From contig CAYSHM010000001.1 in NCBI GenBank assembly GCA_964430885.1, positions 187,280 through 251,279 on the forward strand: DNA of 64,000 nucleotides, read 5' to 3'. Origin of the DNA: an uncultured archaeon (GTDB lineage Archaea > Thermoplasmatota > Penumbrarchaeia > JASLWR01). Below, piece after piece: positions 40,932 to 51,413 of this stretch (positions within the stretch are counted from its first letter, which is position 1; each line of letters begins with the position of its first letter). Made by a program: the position numbers and the translations under genes. The notes beneath the pieces are model-generated. The model made no database searches and was not told the origin of the DNA. It saw only the letters and a list, made by a program, of their open reading frames with translations.

Positions 40932-41009
40932 ATTATCTCCTACCTTTTTACCCTTTGTATCAAGGGATTTAGTGTAATGCCTGTTTTTTGAATATTTTGT
41001 CTGTTTCTA

Positions 41010-41804
41010 TTATGAATTCTTGATATAGACCACCCTTTGTGGGAAAGGGACCTCTATACAGTTATCTTCCAATCTTTTCTTTATTCTCCATAAAAGAGTA
41101 GTCTGGAGTTCGTACCAGTATACGTTTGGTGCCCAGGCCATTATTTTAATGTTTACCGAACTGTCGTCAAGCTGGGATATAAAAATTTTCGGAGGCGGAT
41201 TTATCAGAGCGTATGGCTGCTCATCTATATAATCCTTGATTAACTCCACGGCCTTGTCGGCATCATCGCTATATCTTATTCCTATCTTGTATTCAAAACG
41301 CCGGGCTACATTGAAGACAAGATTCTTTATACGGCTGGTGAACATCTTTTCGTTTGGTATTCTGACCAGTAAACCCTCGTAGGTCCTAATATTTGTTGAT
41401 AGCACCCGAATATCCATTATATATCCGGAGATGCCGTCGACGCTGATCTGGTCCCCAATTTTCAAGGGCCTCTCTATTATCATGAATATGCCTGATATCA
41501 GATTAGCAACTATGCTTTGGCTGGCAAAACCAATAATAATGCCTACCACTCCCCCGGCAACCAGTATCCCTGAGGCATGGATACCAAAAACAGGCGATAT
41601 GGTTACTATGCCTATTATGACCAATGTGATATTGATGATCTTCCCTATTATGTCAAGATTACTTTTTTCCACCTTTCCACTCAGGCTCCGTTTGATTATT
41701 AGAGTGAGTATCTTGGAAATGAGAACTATACCAACAATAAATATTGTAACAAATAAGAGGTCGTATACCGTCAGATTAAGGAATAATTCAGTGTCCAAAT
41801 TCAT
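41010..41804 (-). CDS. mscS: Small-conductance mechanosensitive channel
   Basis: GFASQSIVANLISG, ERPLKIGD, IPN, IEVPFPQR. Confidence 0.9.
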   Translation of the reverse strand: MNLDTELFLNLTVYDLLFVTIFIVGIVLISKILTLIIKRSLSGKVEKSNLDIIGKIINITLVIIGIVTISPVFGIHASGILVAGGVVGIIIGFASQSIVANLISGIFMIIERPLKIGDQISVDGISGYIMDIRVLSTNIRTYEGLLVRIPNEKMFTSRIKNLVFNVARRFEYKIGIRYSDDADKAVELIKDYIDEQPYALINPPPKIFISQLDDSSVNIKIMAWAPNVYWYELQTTLLWRIKKRLEDNCIEVPFPQRVVYIKNS

Positions 41805-42634
41805 ATGCCTTCCTCCATATAGAATCCAATACCTATTTTATCTCTTATCTTGGTGCTGGAAACCTTTTTTGCCCTTTTCCATCCCTTGAAAGGGCTCTTG
41901 TTCTTAACGTCAGTTTCAGCGGATTTGCTGGAATGTATCTTCATCACCGCGTTCATGGCGGCTTCCTTCTCGGAATAGAAAATATCCATGCCTGATTGCT
42001 CCAGCAGAACCTTTGTTACCTCCGCCCAACTAGTATATTTGTTTTTGATCTTTATTTTGAGTATTCCTTCCACAAATGATTCACATTTAGGTTTTTTCGT
42101 ATGAATGGTGCTTTTTCTGTATTTACAGATCAATCCTCCAATGGGTTGTCCATAGAGTGTGAATTTTTGTTTATCAAGCGAGAAATAATCCAATAGTTCT
42201 GAACTTTTTCCAGAGAATACCCATACGCCTAGTTCAATTGGAAATTTTAGGTATAGGCTTATTTCCTCCTTTGGTTCGATACTTAGTTTTCCTTCCAAAT
42301 CTATGAATAGATGATTGGTGATGGCATCGGGTGTGAACAGGGGTTCAATAGGAGATATGAGGATCTCATTTTTTCTTGTTACAAGCGTTTTTTCCACCAC
42401 CTCACCCCCTATGGTCCGTTTGTAGTTGTAGGCCCCTCCGTGCTTTTTTAGTAGTGAAATTGAGAGATTGTCGTGTTCTATCCTGCAAGGGAATTGAAAA
42501 TTACCGTATGAAAGTGTGCATCTATTAATCCCTCTAACAGGTTTTTTGATTCTTTTTCTTTTACTTCCCGATATGTCCTTTGCTGGCATTGATATTCCCA
42601 TCCTGAATGTGAAATTCCAATGGTGAAACTCCAC
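41801..42634 (-). CDS. DUF432-family protein (start may be 42589)
   Basis: Y.YKR, PIEP..P, FPIE.GV, K.TLYG...G.IC.Y; overlaps mscS by 4 bp. Confidence 0.75.
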   Translation of the reverse strand: MEFHHWNFTFRMGISMPAKDISGSKRKRIKKPVRGINRCTLSYGNFQFPCRIEHDNLSISLLKKHGGAYNYKRTIGGEVVEKTLVTRKNEILISPIEPLFTPDAITNHLFIDLEGKLSIEPKEEISLYLKFPIELGVWVFSGKSSELLDYFSLDKQKFTLYGQPIGGLICKYRKSTIHTKKPKCESFVEGILKIKIKNKYTSWAEVTKVLLEQSGMDIFYSEKEAAMNAVMKIHSSKSAETDVKNKSPFKGWKRAKKVSSTKIRDKIGIGFYMEEGI

Positions 42635-42857
42635 TGTTTGATCACAAGTTTAATACTGATGTATGAAAACTTCACCCATTATTAAAATATTCCCTTGTAT
42701 TGTGAATAAACCAATCCGGATAGTGAGTTGATCAATCAATAATGGTTGGCAGGCCATAATGAGTGCAATAATTTTAAATCAAGGGCGATCATTTGACGAT
42801 TGTTCATCAGAAATGCTGTTGGACATTTTAAATCCATGAAGTAAAAAGGGTGAGATA

Positions 42858-43367
42858 ATGGCAGATGGATCTCATGTTATTATAAGGACAAACAAAGGGG
42901 ATATAGAACTGGTACTATATGATGACAAAGCGCCGGTTACAGTGAAGAATTTCTTAAGATATGTGAACGAAAAATTCTATGACGGCTTGATTTTTCATAG
43001 GGTTATCAGGAATTTTATGGTTCAGGGCGGAGGTTTTTTTCCGGGTATGAAGGAAAAGGGCAGTAAATCTTCTCCTATTAAGAATGAGGCTGCACCTTCC
43101 AGGGTTAGGAATGCAAGGGGGACAATAGCGATGGCCCGAACCAACGATCCCCATTCAGCAACCTGCCAATTCTTCATCAATCACGCCGACAATGCAGGTC
43201 TGGATTGGGATCAATGTGCGGACGGCTGGGGATACTGCGCTTTTGGCAAGGTAGTGAAGGGAATGGAAGTGGTGGATGCTATAGCCGGTGTAAGGGTCGG
43301 TGATCATGGCCACCATGGCGATGTTCCTCTGAAGGATGTGATTATTAAAGAGATCAGGCGGTTGTGA
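42858..43367 (+). CDS. Cyclophilin-type peptidyl-prolyl cis-trans isomerase
   Basis: APVTVKNF, FHRVI.NFMVQGGG, GTIAMART, QFFIN, FGKV..GM.VVD. Confidence 0.93.
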   Translation: MADGSHVIIRTNKGDIELVLYDDKAPVTVKNFLRYVNEKFYDGLIFHRVIRNFMVQGGGFFPGMKEKGSKSSPIKNEAAPSRVRNARGTIAMARTNDPHSATCQFFINHADNAGLDWDQCADGWGYCAFGKVVKGMEVVDAIAGVRVGDHGHHGDVPLKDVIIKEIRRL

Positions 43368-43454
43368 AGATCGGAATACCCATTGCTAAAGACTGGATTT
43401 GGAATGGAATCGCGGTTGTAATTTTTCAGTCACTGGATAGAGTACAATAACCTC

Positions 43455-43471
43455 AAGAAAAAATATAAATA
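43455..43471 (+). promoter_or_regulatory. Putative BRE-TATA promoter for the 43503-45390 operon
   Basis: AAGAAAAAA followed by TATAAATA about 32 nt upstream of ATG 43503. Confidence 0.4.
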
Positions 43472-43502
43472 ATAATTTATTGGTAACCTGGACGGTTATA
43501 AA

Positions 43503-43910
43503 ATGAGAAAGTTCACGGTAACTCTATGGCTGATAGCTTTATTCGTACTTGCGGGTTCTTTTTCCTTCTTCGTATATTCTGTTACTCCCAAGGGCGATAC
43601 AGATAAGGTTATTATCAACGGTAAGGATTATTATTGGGATGATATATGTGATGATTTTAAGCTGGAAAGTTTTGAGGCTGGAGAAACACAATATACTGGA
43701 ATATCTTTAACCGAGCTGGCATATGATGCGGGAATTGGAGACCCTGAAACCAAGAAATTCACCATTGCCGGAGCTGACGGATATCAAAAAACACTGGACT
43801 GGGATGATTTCAGCAACGGATATTTGGTCAAGGAAAAGAAGCTAACGGTATTTCCAGATCTTACCAAGAGCTTTTGGGTCAGAGATGTAATAGAAATCAA
43901 GGCAAAATAA
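43503..43910 (+). CDS. Membrane-anchored protein with one Oxidored_molyb-like domain
   Basis: N-terminal TM; YTGISL..L..DAG..I.GADGY...W...GYL...FPDL...WVRDV.EI. Confidence 0.6.
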   Translation: MRKFTVTLWLIALFVLAGSFSFFVYSVTPKGDTDKVIINGKDYYWDDICDDFKLESFEAGETQYTGISLTELAYDAGIGDPETKKFTIAGADGYQKTLDWDDFSNGYLVKEKKLTVFPDLTKSFWVRDVIEIKAK

Positions 43911-43929
43911 ATCTGCAGGAGCACATAGG

Positions 43930-44652
43930 ATGAGAAGAGGTATGCACTTTGTTATAATCGCACTTATGCTGGTCATCTGCATGGTTGCAGTGGCATTCAT
44001 GGTCATTAATAGTGATATAAAGAAGGATACCCTGAAGGAGGATGTACCCAAGGTTGCCATGAACGGTAAAGGGCATTCTTGGGAGGATATGGCCGCGGAT
44101 TTTTCCCTGAAGACCGTAGACGGTAACACCGGAATTTCACTGTCCGATATAGTTAATGCATCGGGTATCGTTGAAAAATCTTCAAAATTATATGAGATTG
44201 CTTCCTCCGAAGATGGATATAACAAGACTGTCACCTGGGGATTCATGCTCAGGGGAATTCTCATGAAAGAGGATTTCACCACTTATTTCCCTGATCTTCC
44301 GGGGAGGTACAAAATTAAGAACACGGGCAAGATATGCATTGATCAATATGCCAGAACAATCATAATTAATGGTGCTGAACTTACCCAGAACATGCCCTTT
44401 GACCGTTGGTTCAATACCACGGAGATCAATGGTACCGAGGGCATTCCATTCGCGGCCCTTCTGGATTACAGCGGCATCCAGCATCCGGAGATGTATAATT
44501 ACACCATCACTGCCCATGACGGCTATTCCCAGACGGTCAATTGGACAGCTATGTCAGAGGGTTTGTATGTTCAGGAGGATTTCAAGGCATATTTCCTCAG
44601 GCTTGATAAAAAATATCATATTAAAAATATTAAGGAAATTAACCCAATATGA
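43930..44652 (+). CDS. Membrane-anchored protein with two Oxidored_molyb-like domains, paralogous to the upstream gene
   Basis: Two copies of GI.(L/F)...SG...Y.I....DGY..TV.W..M..G.....F..YF..L...Y.IKN. Confidence 0.6.
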   Translation: MRRGMHFVIIALMLVICMVAVAFMVINSDIKKDTLKEDVPKVAMNGKGHSWEDMAADFSLKTVDGNTGISLSDIVNASGIVEKSSKLYEIASSEDGYNKTVTWGFMLRGILMKEDFTTYFPDLPGRYKIKNTGKICIDQYARTIIINGAELTQNMPFDRWFNTTEINGTEGIPFAALLDYSGIQHPEMYNYTITAHDGYSQTVNWTAMSEGLYVQEDFKAYFLRLDKKYHIKNIKEINPI

Positions 44653-44697
44653 TCAGGTTATTGAATTAATTTAGCATTGATAAATTGATGAAAAGGG

Positions 44698-45390
44698 ATG
44701 ATATTGATGAAAAAATGGAAGATATTGCTTGGGATTTTGGCCTTCGGGTCTCTATGGGGTTTGGTAGAGTGCGTATTGGGTTCCTTCGATTTCGGAGGAT
44801 TATTGAAGAATGTTCCAATGGGCGCCCTTTTAGGGGGTTTCTTCGGACTAGGCCTGATGACCTATACGAGGAAACTATACGGAGTTCTATGGATGCAGTT
44901 GGGAATGGGTATTGTTGCAGCGACTCTTCGATTCTGGTCTCCAGTTGGAACCTGTGTGATATGCTCCGCTTTGGCCATTGCCTTTGAGGCTTTGGTTTTT
45001 GAGTTCCTATTCAGCTGGAAAGCAACGAATCCAGTAAAGAACAGTGTAAAATTCGATCTTACTTTAGCCATGCTTATCCCCATGGGCATTGTTGCAGGTT
45101 ATCTGATCTATATCAGCGGTTACTTCTTCACGCAGATAATGACACCTATTTTAACAGAAGGCAGTGTTGTAGCTTCCGATATCGGCAATGTGGCACCTTT
45201 GATCCTAGGAAGGGGTTTCTTTGCAGCTATGTTTGGAGGGATATCCCTCCCGCTAGCGTTGAAATTGAATATTCCCTCAATCGACATTTACAAGATCACT
45301 TCCAAACCCTACTATGCCGCTACGATCTCGATATCCGTGTTCTGTTGGGCTATTGTGATATCCCTTGCCCTAGCAGGTCTTCTAGGTTAG
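44698..45390 (+). CDS. Integral membrane protein, ECF S-component-like
   Basis: About six TM helices; N-terminal FGSLWG..E..LG; AI.FEAL.FE. Confidence 0.5.
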   Translation: MILMKKWKILLGILAFGSLWGLVECVLGSFDFGGLLKNVPMGALLGGFFGLGLMTYTRKLYGVLWMQLGMGIVAATLRFWSPVGTCVICSALAIAFEALVFEFLFSWKATNPVKNSVKFDLTLAMLIPMGIVAGYLIYISGYFFTQIMTPILTEGSVVASDIGNVAPLILGRGFFAAMFGGISLPLALKLNIPSIDIYKITSKPYYAATISISVFCWAIVISLALAGLLG

Positions 45391-45647
45391 GTGTCCCCGC
45401 AGCAGGATCAATAAAAAACCTAAATCAGGCGGTATTACATTGGTCCGAAATAGTACTCATCATATCGATTTATAGGGTGTTAATTGCCTCATTACAGGGG
45501 AAATATGACCATATCTATATTATAATAGCATTTAATTAACAGAATGTTATTTCCAATTGTTTATAGATGATCATCCCATGATTGGGTGCTTCAAAAAAAA
45601 ACAATGCTCTGTAATCAATAATATCCGTTAAGATATTTTATTAGGTA

Positions 45648-46655
45648 TTGGTCATGGTAAAGAATGTTAACAAAGAAGGTTTCAAAAACCTCAAGAGACA
45701 GTGGATTATTTCAGCTTCTTTGAGTTATGTTCTGTCACTCATTATGGGCGCAGTTGAGGGAGGTAGTTTTTCGATTATTTACCCATTACTGTGGTCCTTT
45801 TTCGGTTTGTTCTTCTTGTTCTCTCTATACAAGGCTTTTCCTAAGAGCTGGTTTCTAATAATTCCCCTGTCAATGATCTATGTATTCAGTTTTCTGGGAA
45901 CAGTTTCCTTTGTGACGGCAGACAACATATCCGATCTGTTCTGGATGTTCATAGGTCTTATTTGTCAGGGTATTGCCATCTGGGGTATAGGAATAATGAT
46001 CTTCACTGTGACTAATAGAAGGGATGAATCCATGGCCATCTTGAGATATCAAGGCCGGGAAGAAGATATCAGTAATAAATATGTACCCTTGGGATTTTGG
46101 AGTCTATCCCTGATTGCTCTTTTCTGGATCTCAAACGGTTCTATTTGGTACTGGGCTGACTATGAGCTCAGTCATTCATGGGGTTCTCTCATCGGATACA
46201 TACTTACCGAATTAGCGGTTCTCGCATTATGGCTGTATGTGCTGTGGTTGCCTGAAACCAGTTTGGACTTTCCCTCTAGAGTTAGGATACATGAGACCAC
46301 TAAACTCGCAAAATTGCGTTCTTTCATATCCAAATACTCCTTTGGTAAAGAGGTGCCTACCATCGGTAATATTCTTCCTTCAGTAAATAATCAGGATAAG
46401 AACAGGATCAATTGTCCAGGTTGCGGCAGATATCTTATCAGTGAGAAAAGAAAGTGCCCTAAATGCTCAAAGAAGAGGAATTTCGCCTGGTGTCCAGGTT
46501 CCGAAGATTTTATAACCAACTGCGGCAGGTGCGATTCACTGGTCAGATTATCCTCAAAGAAGTGTCCTGAATGCGGTCAGGAGATTACTGAAAAGGTAGA
46601 ATGCACATGCGGTGCCTCTTCAGGTTTGAGAAATTGGAGTAAGTTCAAGGAATAA
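45648..46655 (+). CDS. Multi-TM membrane protein with C-terminal Cys-rich Zn ribbons
   Basis: About six TM helices, then CPGC..CPKC..CP..CGRC..CPEC..CTC. Confidence 0.7.
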   Translation: MVMVKNVNKEGFKNLKRQWIISASLSYVLSLIMGAVEGGSFSIIYPLLWSFFGLFFLFSLYKAFPKSWFLIIPLSMIYVFSFLGTVSFVTADNISDLFWMFIGLICQGIAIWGIGIMIFTVTNRRDESMAILRYQGREEDISNKYVPLGFWSLSLIALFWISNGSIWYWADYELSHSWGSLIGYILTELAVLALWLYVLWLPETSLDFPSRVRIHETTKLAKLRSFISKYSFGKEVPTIGNILPSVNNQDKNRINCPGCGRYLISEKRKCPKCSKKRNFAWCPGSEDFITNCGRCDSLVRLSSKKCPECGQEITEKVECTCGASSGLRNWSKFKE

Positions 46656-46696
46656 TTACTTCAGCAGATTGGATATCATTTTTAGAGGATGACCTT

Positions 46697-47902
46697 ATGG
46701 TGGAGAAGAACGGAACGGAATCGAATAACAGTTTGATCATTAAGCCGCACCAGGTGTTCCTGGCCTTATTAGGTCTAATTTCAATGTTCATCATCCTGAC
46801 ATTGATATTTCCTGAGGTTTTCTATGATAAATTCCTTTACAAATATTACATCAAGAGCTATCTTGAGGATGGGTCCTATAATCCGATAGATACTACCACT
46901 TACGGATTGATGATCGCAGGTGCAATATACGGTATTTTCAGGATGCTGAAGAAACTTGATATCAGCGTAGATGAAAGAGGGATATACTGCATTATTCCAT
47001 GGATGCTCATGGGAGGGACTTACCGTTCACTTGAAGATGCGGAATTCTTTAGAGAACCAGTTATTTATATGTTCAGATCTCCAATGATATATTTATCTAT
47101 CGCCATCACAGTTATAGTGGTTCTGCTGTATTACACATGGGCTCATTATCTATCTCAAAAGAAAAAAAACTGGAAACTGGGATTTGCCCTCTCTCTAGCC
47201 TTCATACTCATCATTGATCTATTATACCTCCTATTTCACAGTCAGTCCAATAGATTCATTTCCTACAGGTTCACCCCTCTTTATCCATTCATTTTAACAG
47301 TGCCGCTCTCTTATCTATTCTACTTTGATGCAAGGCGGAGAGATCGGGCGGATATGAAAACCGGAGTACTTGCTCTGGGGATTTATTTCCTTGCGATTTC
47401 GGCTCTTCCCATCGCATCCTGGCCAAATATTAAGGGATGGACCGATCACTATTCCACCATTGCCGTAAGGGATCCCCTAGTTTGGGGGCACTTTTTTCTG
47501 GTGATAGGAATAGCATTATCAGCTTCTTTTCTTTTAATGGGAGTTATTTATCTCTTCAGAAGAAATAATGATAAATTGAAAGTATTTTTCAAACCCCTGT
47601 CCTTTTTGATAATCTTCGGCCATATGATGGATGCTACCGCCACATATATGGGAATTGAGTTTTTTGGATATTATGAGAAGCATGCTCTCCCTCATTTTCT
47701 TATCGGACTTACGGGCACAGCTCTTGTAATGTATCTGCTGAAGATACCATTGGTTATTTTGGCAATATATATTCTGGATATTGCTTATAGGGACGATTTC
47801 AGAGAAAATCCGGACCTGATGAACCTCGTGAAAATGGGTATAATAATTCTTGGTCTTGCACCGGGACTCAGAGATGCTCTCAGGATGGCAATGGGAGTGT
47901 AG
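46697..47902 (+). CDS. DUF63-family archaeal membrane protein
   Basis: YNP.DT.TY, R.LEDA, GH..DATATY.G...GY.EKH.LP, LGLAPGLRD.LR. Confidence 0.85.
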   Translation: MVEKNGTESNNSLIIKPHQVFLALLGLISMFIILTLIFPEVFYDKFLYKYYIKSYLEDGSYNPIDTTTYGLMIAGAIYGIFRMLKKLDISVDERGIYCIIPWMLMGGTYRSLEDAEFFREPVIYMFRSPMIYLSIAITVIVVLLYYTWAHYLSQKKKNWKLGFALSLAFILIIDLLYLLFHSQSNRFISYRFTPLYPFILTVPLSYLFYFDARRRDRADMKTGVLALGIYFLAISALPIASWPNIKGWTDHYSTIAVRDPLVWGHFFLVIGIALSASFLLMGVIYLFRRNNDKLKVFFKPLSFLIIFGHMMDATATYMGIEFFGYYEKHALPHFLIGLTGTALVMYLLKIPLVILAIYILDIAYRDDFRENPDLMNLVKMGIIILGLAPGLRDALRMAMGV

Positions 47903-47941
47903 GACAATGTTGATCTGTTATGGACCCTGAAATTAGTAGAA

Positions 47942-49087
47942 CTAATTTTTTAAAATATCGGAATATACTTTTATCAGCTTCTCTTCCTGGCGTTCCCAGC
48001 TGTATTCTTTCTCAGCAGCCTCGATTCCTTTCCTTCCCAGTTCCTCCAATTTACCGGTTTTTTTCTGGAGATTCAAGATTTCCCTTTTTACTGATTTCTT
48101 ATTAAAATCAGCTGTGATTCCGCATCCCACTTTCTCCACAAAATCTCCCGAGTAGGTACCTTTACTGCAGATGACTGGCCGACCGCACACCATTGCTTCA
48201 AATACCTTGTTCGGCAGTCCAATTTTGGTAATGTGATCATTTGGATCGAACATGCAGACCACAAGATCTGATTTTTTGGTTGTAGGTATGACCTGGTCGA
48301 TGGGTATGAGCCCTTTAAAATCAACATTTGATAATCCACGGCATTTTTTCTGAAGCTTCTTCTCAAAATCCGGAGATCCCTTCCCGGCAATAATACAATG
48401 GACGTCTGGAATTTCTTTCATGAGTTCTGCGAGCTGCATAACAAACCGGGGCTTATTCAATTTACCAATATAAGCTAGGGTCAATTTCCGATTCTTTGTA
48501 GGTATGTATTCAGCATTCTTTAGATTCTTGGCATTGAGAATTATGGTTATTTTTCTCTTTGTGATGTTTTTAAAATAATCTCTAAGAGGCGGACTGACCG
48601 TCAAAACTGCATCGGCCATGTCGATCTGTCTTTTCTCTTTATTGATGTAATGATTTGCCCACCAATTCGGCAAGCTTCTTCTCACCATATAGCCCCAAAT
48701 CTCATGTGCATCATATATTAGAGGTATCTTCAGTTTTTTCTTCAATCTGATACCCGCCGTCAATGTGTCAAGATCATTGCTGTGAATAATGTCAAACTTC
48801 TCCTTCGAATGTAGTTTCATGCCGAGTTTTAGCGCCCTTCTATTCCAGGATGGAAGTCTGAATATGTCGAATGGTAAGAGTTTCATTGCTCCCTTCGTGG
48901 GGATGCGGAATACCTCTACATCGTTGATATTTTCCTTGCTCTTGGATGAACCTGTCCTGTCCCAACCTATTACCGTTATATGAAATCCGTTTTTCATGAG
49001 GGAACGCGCTTCATTGTTTACACGAGGGTCATGGGTGAAAGTGTTTGTAACCAGCATGAGAACGCGTTTACCCTTCATTGTATTCAC
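47942..49087 (-). CDS. GT4-family glycosyltransferase
   Basis: DPRV..EA.SL, H.NDLDTL, YDAHE, PNKVFEAM..GRPVI. Confidence 0.88.
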   Translation of the reverse strand: MNTMKGKRVLMLVTNTFTHDPRVNNEARSLMKNGFHITVIGWDRTGSSKSKENINDVEVFRIPTKGAMKLLPFDIFRLPSWNRRALKLGMKLHSKEKFDIIHSNDLDTLTAGIRLKKKLKIPLIYDAHEIWGYMVRRSLPNWWANHYINKEKRQIDMADAVLTVSPPLRDYFKNITKRKITIILNAKNLKNAEYIPTKNRKLTLAYIGKLNKPRFVMQLAELMKEIPDVHCIIAGKGSPDFEKKLQKKCRGLSNVDFKGLIPIDQVIPTTKKSDLVVCMFDPNDHITKIGLPNKVFEAMVCGRPVICSKGTYSGDFVEKVGCGITADFNKKSVKREILNLQKKTGKLEELGRKGIEAAEKEYSWERQEEKLIKVYSDILKN

Positions 49088-49185
49088 CGTTCTTTGAATT
49101 CCTTTTGTTGGCTTATTTATATATCCAAGTCAAATCCATTATATAATAATTATATGTTGGTGATTTTAAAATACAGGATAATTGA

Positions 49186-50286
49186 ATGGACATGATGCGG
49201 GGACATATAATGAAGATTCTATTTGTTCAAAATCAGCTATGCAGCAGAGCCTGGAAGGAAGCAAAGGTTTTGAATACCTGCGGCATAGATCTCTCACTGA
49301 TTGAACTAGGCTATGAAAGCAGTTCAAAGGATCATTCAATTTTTAAAAATATATATATTATTCCAGTAAACCCTGATATGAACAGTATGGTCAAGGGTAA
49401 AAATAAAATCATTAAAGGATTGAAGAAGATTGTAAAGGAAAATAATTTCGATTTGATTCATATTCACAATGAACCTGATAATCTAGGATATTGGGCTAAG
49501 AAGAATTTGGATATTCCCGTAGTACATGATGTTCACGACCTTATGAGTTTAAAACCTATACCTTGGGCAAAGGGTCCGAAAAAGTGGATTGTTAGAAAGA
49601 TGTACAATAAATGGGAGAAAGAGATATGCCAGAATGCAGACGGGATCATGGCCCCTTCCCTTCCGATGATGAAATTTATTGAAAAGAAATACAGTCCGAA
49701 GAGAATGGCCTATGTGGATAATAAACCCGTGAAAGAATCTTTTTCAAGGAAGGAAAAGATTCCTGGTGATCGAATTCATGCTGTCTATTCGGGTGGCATA
49801 GGTATGGATCCTGAAAGTCCCAGGTATCTGTGGCCTATGTTCAAGGAATTATGCGATCATGGCCTGAAGATACACCTATACCCACCGGTTTTTAAGAAGA
49901 ATGAATATGAACCTATAAGAAGCAAATGCAATGAAATCAAAGGAATGATTTTTCATTTGCCAGTGGCCCAGCATGAAGTAATACCTGAGATAAGCCAGTA
50001 CCATTTTGGTTTGGTCATATTCAAGATACATACTGAAAATATTAAAATGGCCACATCCAACAGAGTTTACGAATATCAAATTGCAGGTTTACCCATTATA
50101 ACAAATGATATCGGTCACATTGCTGAATATATTAAAGAGAAAGGCTGCGGGGAGGTCATTTCCGAACCTGATGATATAAAAGGAATACTATCATCAAATA
50201 AAGATTATATTTTGGATACTGACGATTGTTTTATGGATCCTGGACCCATCATTGATCTCTATAAAAAAATATTAAATAAGAAATGA
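49186..50286 (+). CDS. GT4-like glycosyltransferase
   Basis: H.HNEPD, HDVHD, NRVYEY..AGLPII. Confidence 0.8.
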   Translation: MDMMRGHIMKILFVQNQLCSRAWKEAKVLNTCGIDLSLIELGYESSSKDHSIFKNIYIIPVNPDMNSMVKGKNKIIKGLKKIVKENNFDLIHIHNEPDNLGYWAKKNLDIPVVHDVHDLMSLKPIPWAKGPKKWIVRKMYNKWEKEICQNADGIMAPSLPMMKFIEKKYSPKRMAYVDNKPVKESFSRKEKIPGDRIHAVYSGGIGMDPESPRYLWPMFKELCDHGLKIHLYPPVFKKNEYEPIRSKCNEIKGMIFHLPVAQHEVIPEISQYHFGLVIFKIHTENIKMATSNRVYEYQIAGLPIITNDIGHIAEYIKEKGCGEVISEPDDIKGILSSNKDYILDTDDCFMDPGPIIDLYKKILNKK

Positions 50287-50324
50287 AAAATTCCTATGAT
50301 TTGGTAGTTTGAGCCATTATTATT

Positions 50325-51413
50325 CTAAGAATGAATCAATTCCGATTTAAGAATCTTCAGGATCTTTCCAGCTGCATTTCCATCACCGAAAGCCTCGGTC
50401 TGCTCTTCATCGGGTTGGAACTCGTTCACAGCTTTGATAATTCCTTCCCTGGAATGGCCAACAAGAACATTCCAACCGTCGAATACGGTTTCGGTCCATT
50501 CAGTGTTTTCCCTAATGGTGATGCATGGTTTCTTTAGGAAATAGGCCTCTTTCTGAACACCGCCTGAATCAGTTATGATCTTCTTTGAATAGTGCATAAG
50601 CGCAACAAAATCCAGATATCCTAATGGGTCAAGCAGTCGGATATTGGTGTTTTTGATCTCGTCCATCAGACCCGATGAAGCTAGGTTCTTTCTTACCCGG
50701 GGATGTGCGGGGAACGCTATGATATCTTCGGTTTCCATCAGTGCCCTTAAAATTGTCCTCAGCACTTCGGGATTATCGGTATTTCTAGGGCGGTGCAGCG
50801 TCATCACCGAAAAATCGTTTCTTGAAAGGCCAGACATGAAAACGTTATTTGATCTTGAAAGTGCTCTTTCCCTCATCCTTAGAAAAACGTCTAACATCAC
50901 ATCGCCAACATTATAAACTCCGTTGGTAATGCCTTCCTTTTTCAGATTTCCCCTTGCTGTTTCAGTGGGTATGAACAATATGTCGGAAATGACATCGGTG
51001 AGTATGCGGTTGATTTCCTCGGGCATTTCCCTGTCGAAGCTCCGCAATCCTGCTTCAACATGGGCAACCTTGATATGAAGTTTTGATGCGGCCAATGCAC
51101 CCGCGAGGGTGGAGTTTGTGTCTCCGTAAAGCAGTACAAGATCAGGCTTCTTTAGCAGCATTGCCTTTTCCAATTCGATTAGCATCATGCCGGTCTGATA
51201 ACCATGCTCTCCTGAACCCACGCCCAGATTAATGTCAGGGATGGGTATTTCGAGTTCTTGAAAAAATACATCGGACATGGTTTCATCATAATGCTGACCT
51301 GTGTGGACAAGTATTTCGGTGAAATCATTTCTTAATACCCTGCTGAGGGCACTGGCTTTTACGAATTGGGGTCGTGCTCCAACCACGGTCATTATCCTTT
51401 TCATGTGCATCAT
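50325..51413 (-). CDS. wecB: UDP-N-acetylglucosamine 2-epimerase (non-hydrolysing)
   Basis: GARPQFVK, HTGQHYD, GDTNS, HVEAGLRS, TDSGGVQKEA. Confidence 0.93.
   Translation of the reverse strand: MMHMKRIMTVVGARPQFVKASALSRVLRNDFTEILVHTGQHYDETMSDVFFQELEIPIPDINLGVGSGEHGYQTGMMLIELEKAMLLKKPDLVLLYGDTNSTLAGALAASKLHIKVAHVEAGLRSFDREMPEEINRILTDVISDILFIPTETARGNLKKEGITNGVYNVGDVMLDVFLRMRERALSRSNNVFMSGLSRNDFSVMTLHRPRNTDNPEVLRTILRALMETEDIIAFPAHPRVRKNLASSGLMDEIKNTNIRLLDPLGYLDFVALMHYSKKIITDSGGVQKEAYFLKKPCITIRENTEWTETVFDGWNVLVGHSREGIIKAVNEFQPDEEQTEAFGDGNAAGKILKILKSELIHS

Noticed and set aside
41010-42634. DUF432-mscS pairing
   Set aside because: A common archaeal gene pair; nothing unusual seen
43908-43932. 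Read-through or frameshift joining the two Oxidored_molyb-like genes
   Set aside because: The stop is TAA and the second gene has its own GGAG RBS, ATG and N-terminal TM helix
47942-51413. GT4/GT4/wecB cluster as a novel system
   Set aside because: Ordinary surface-glycan biosynthesis genes
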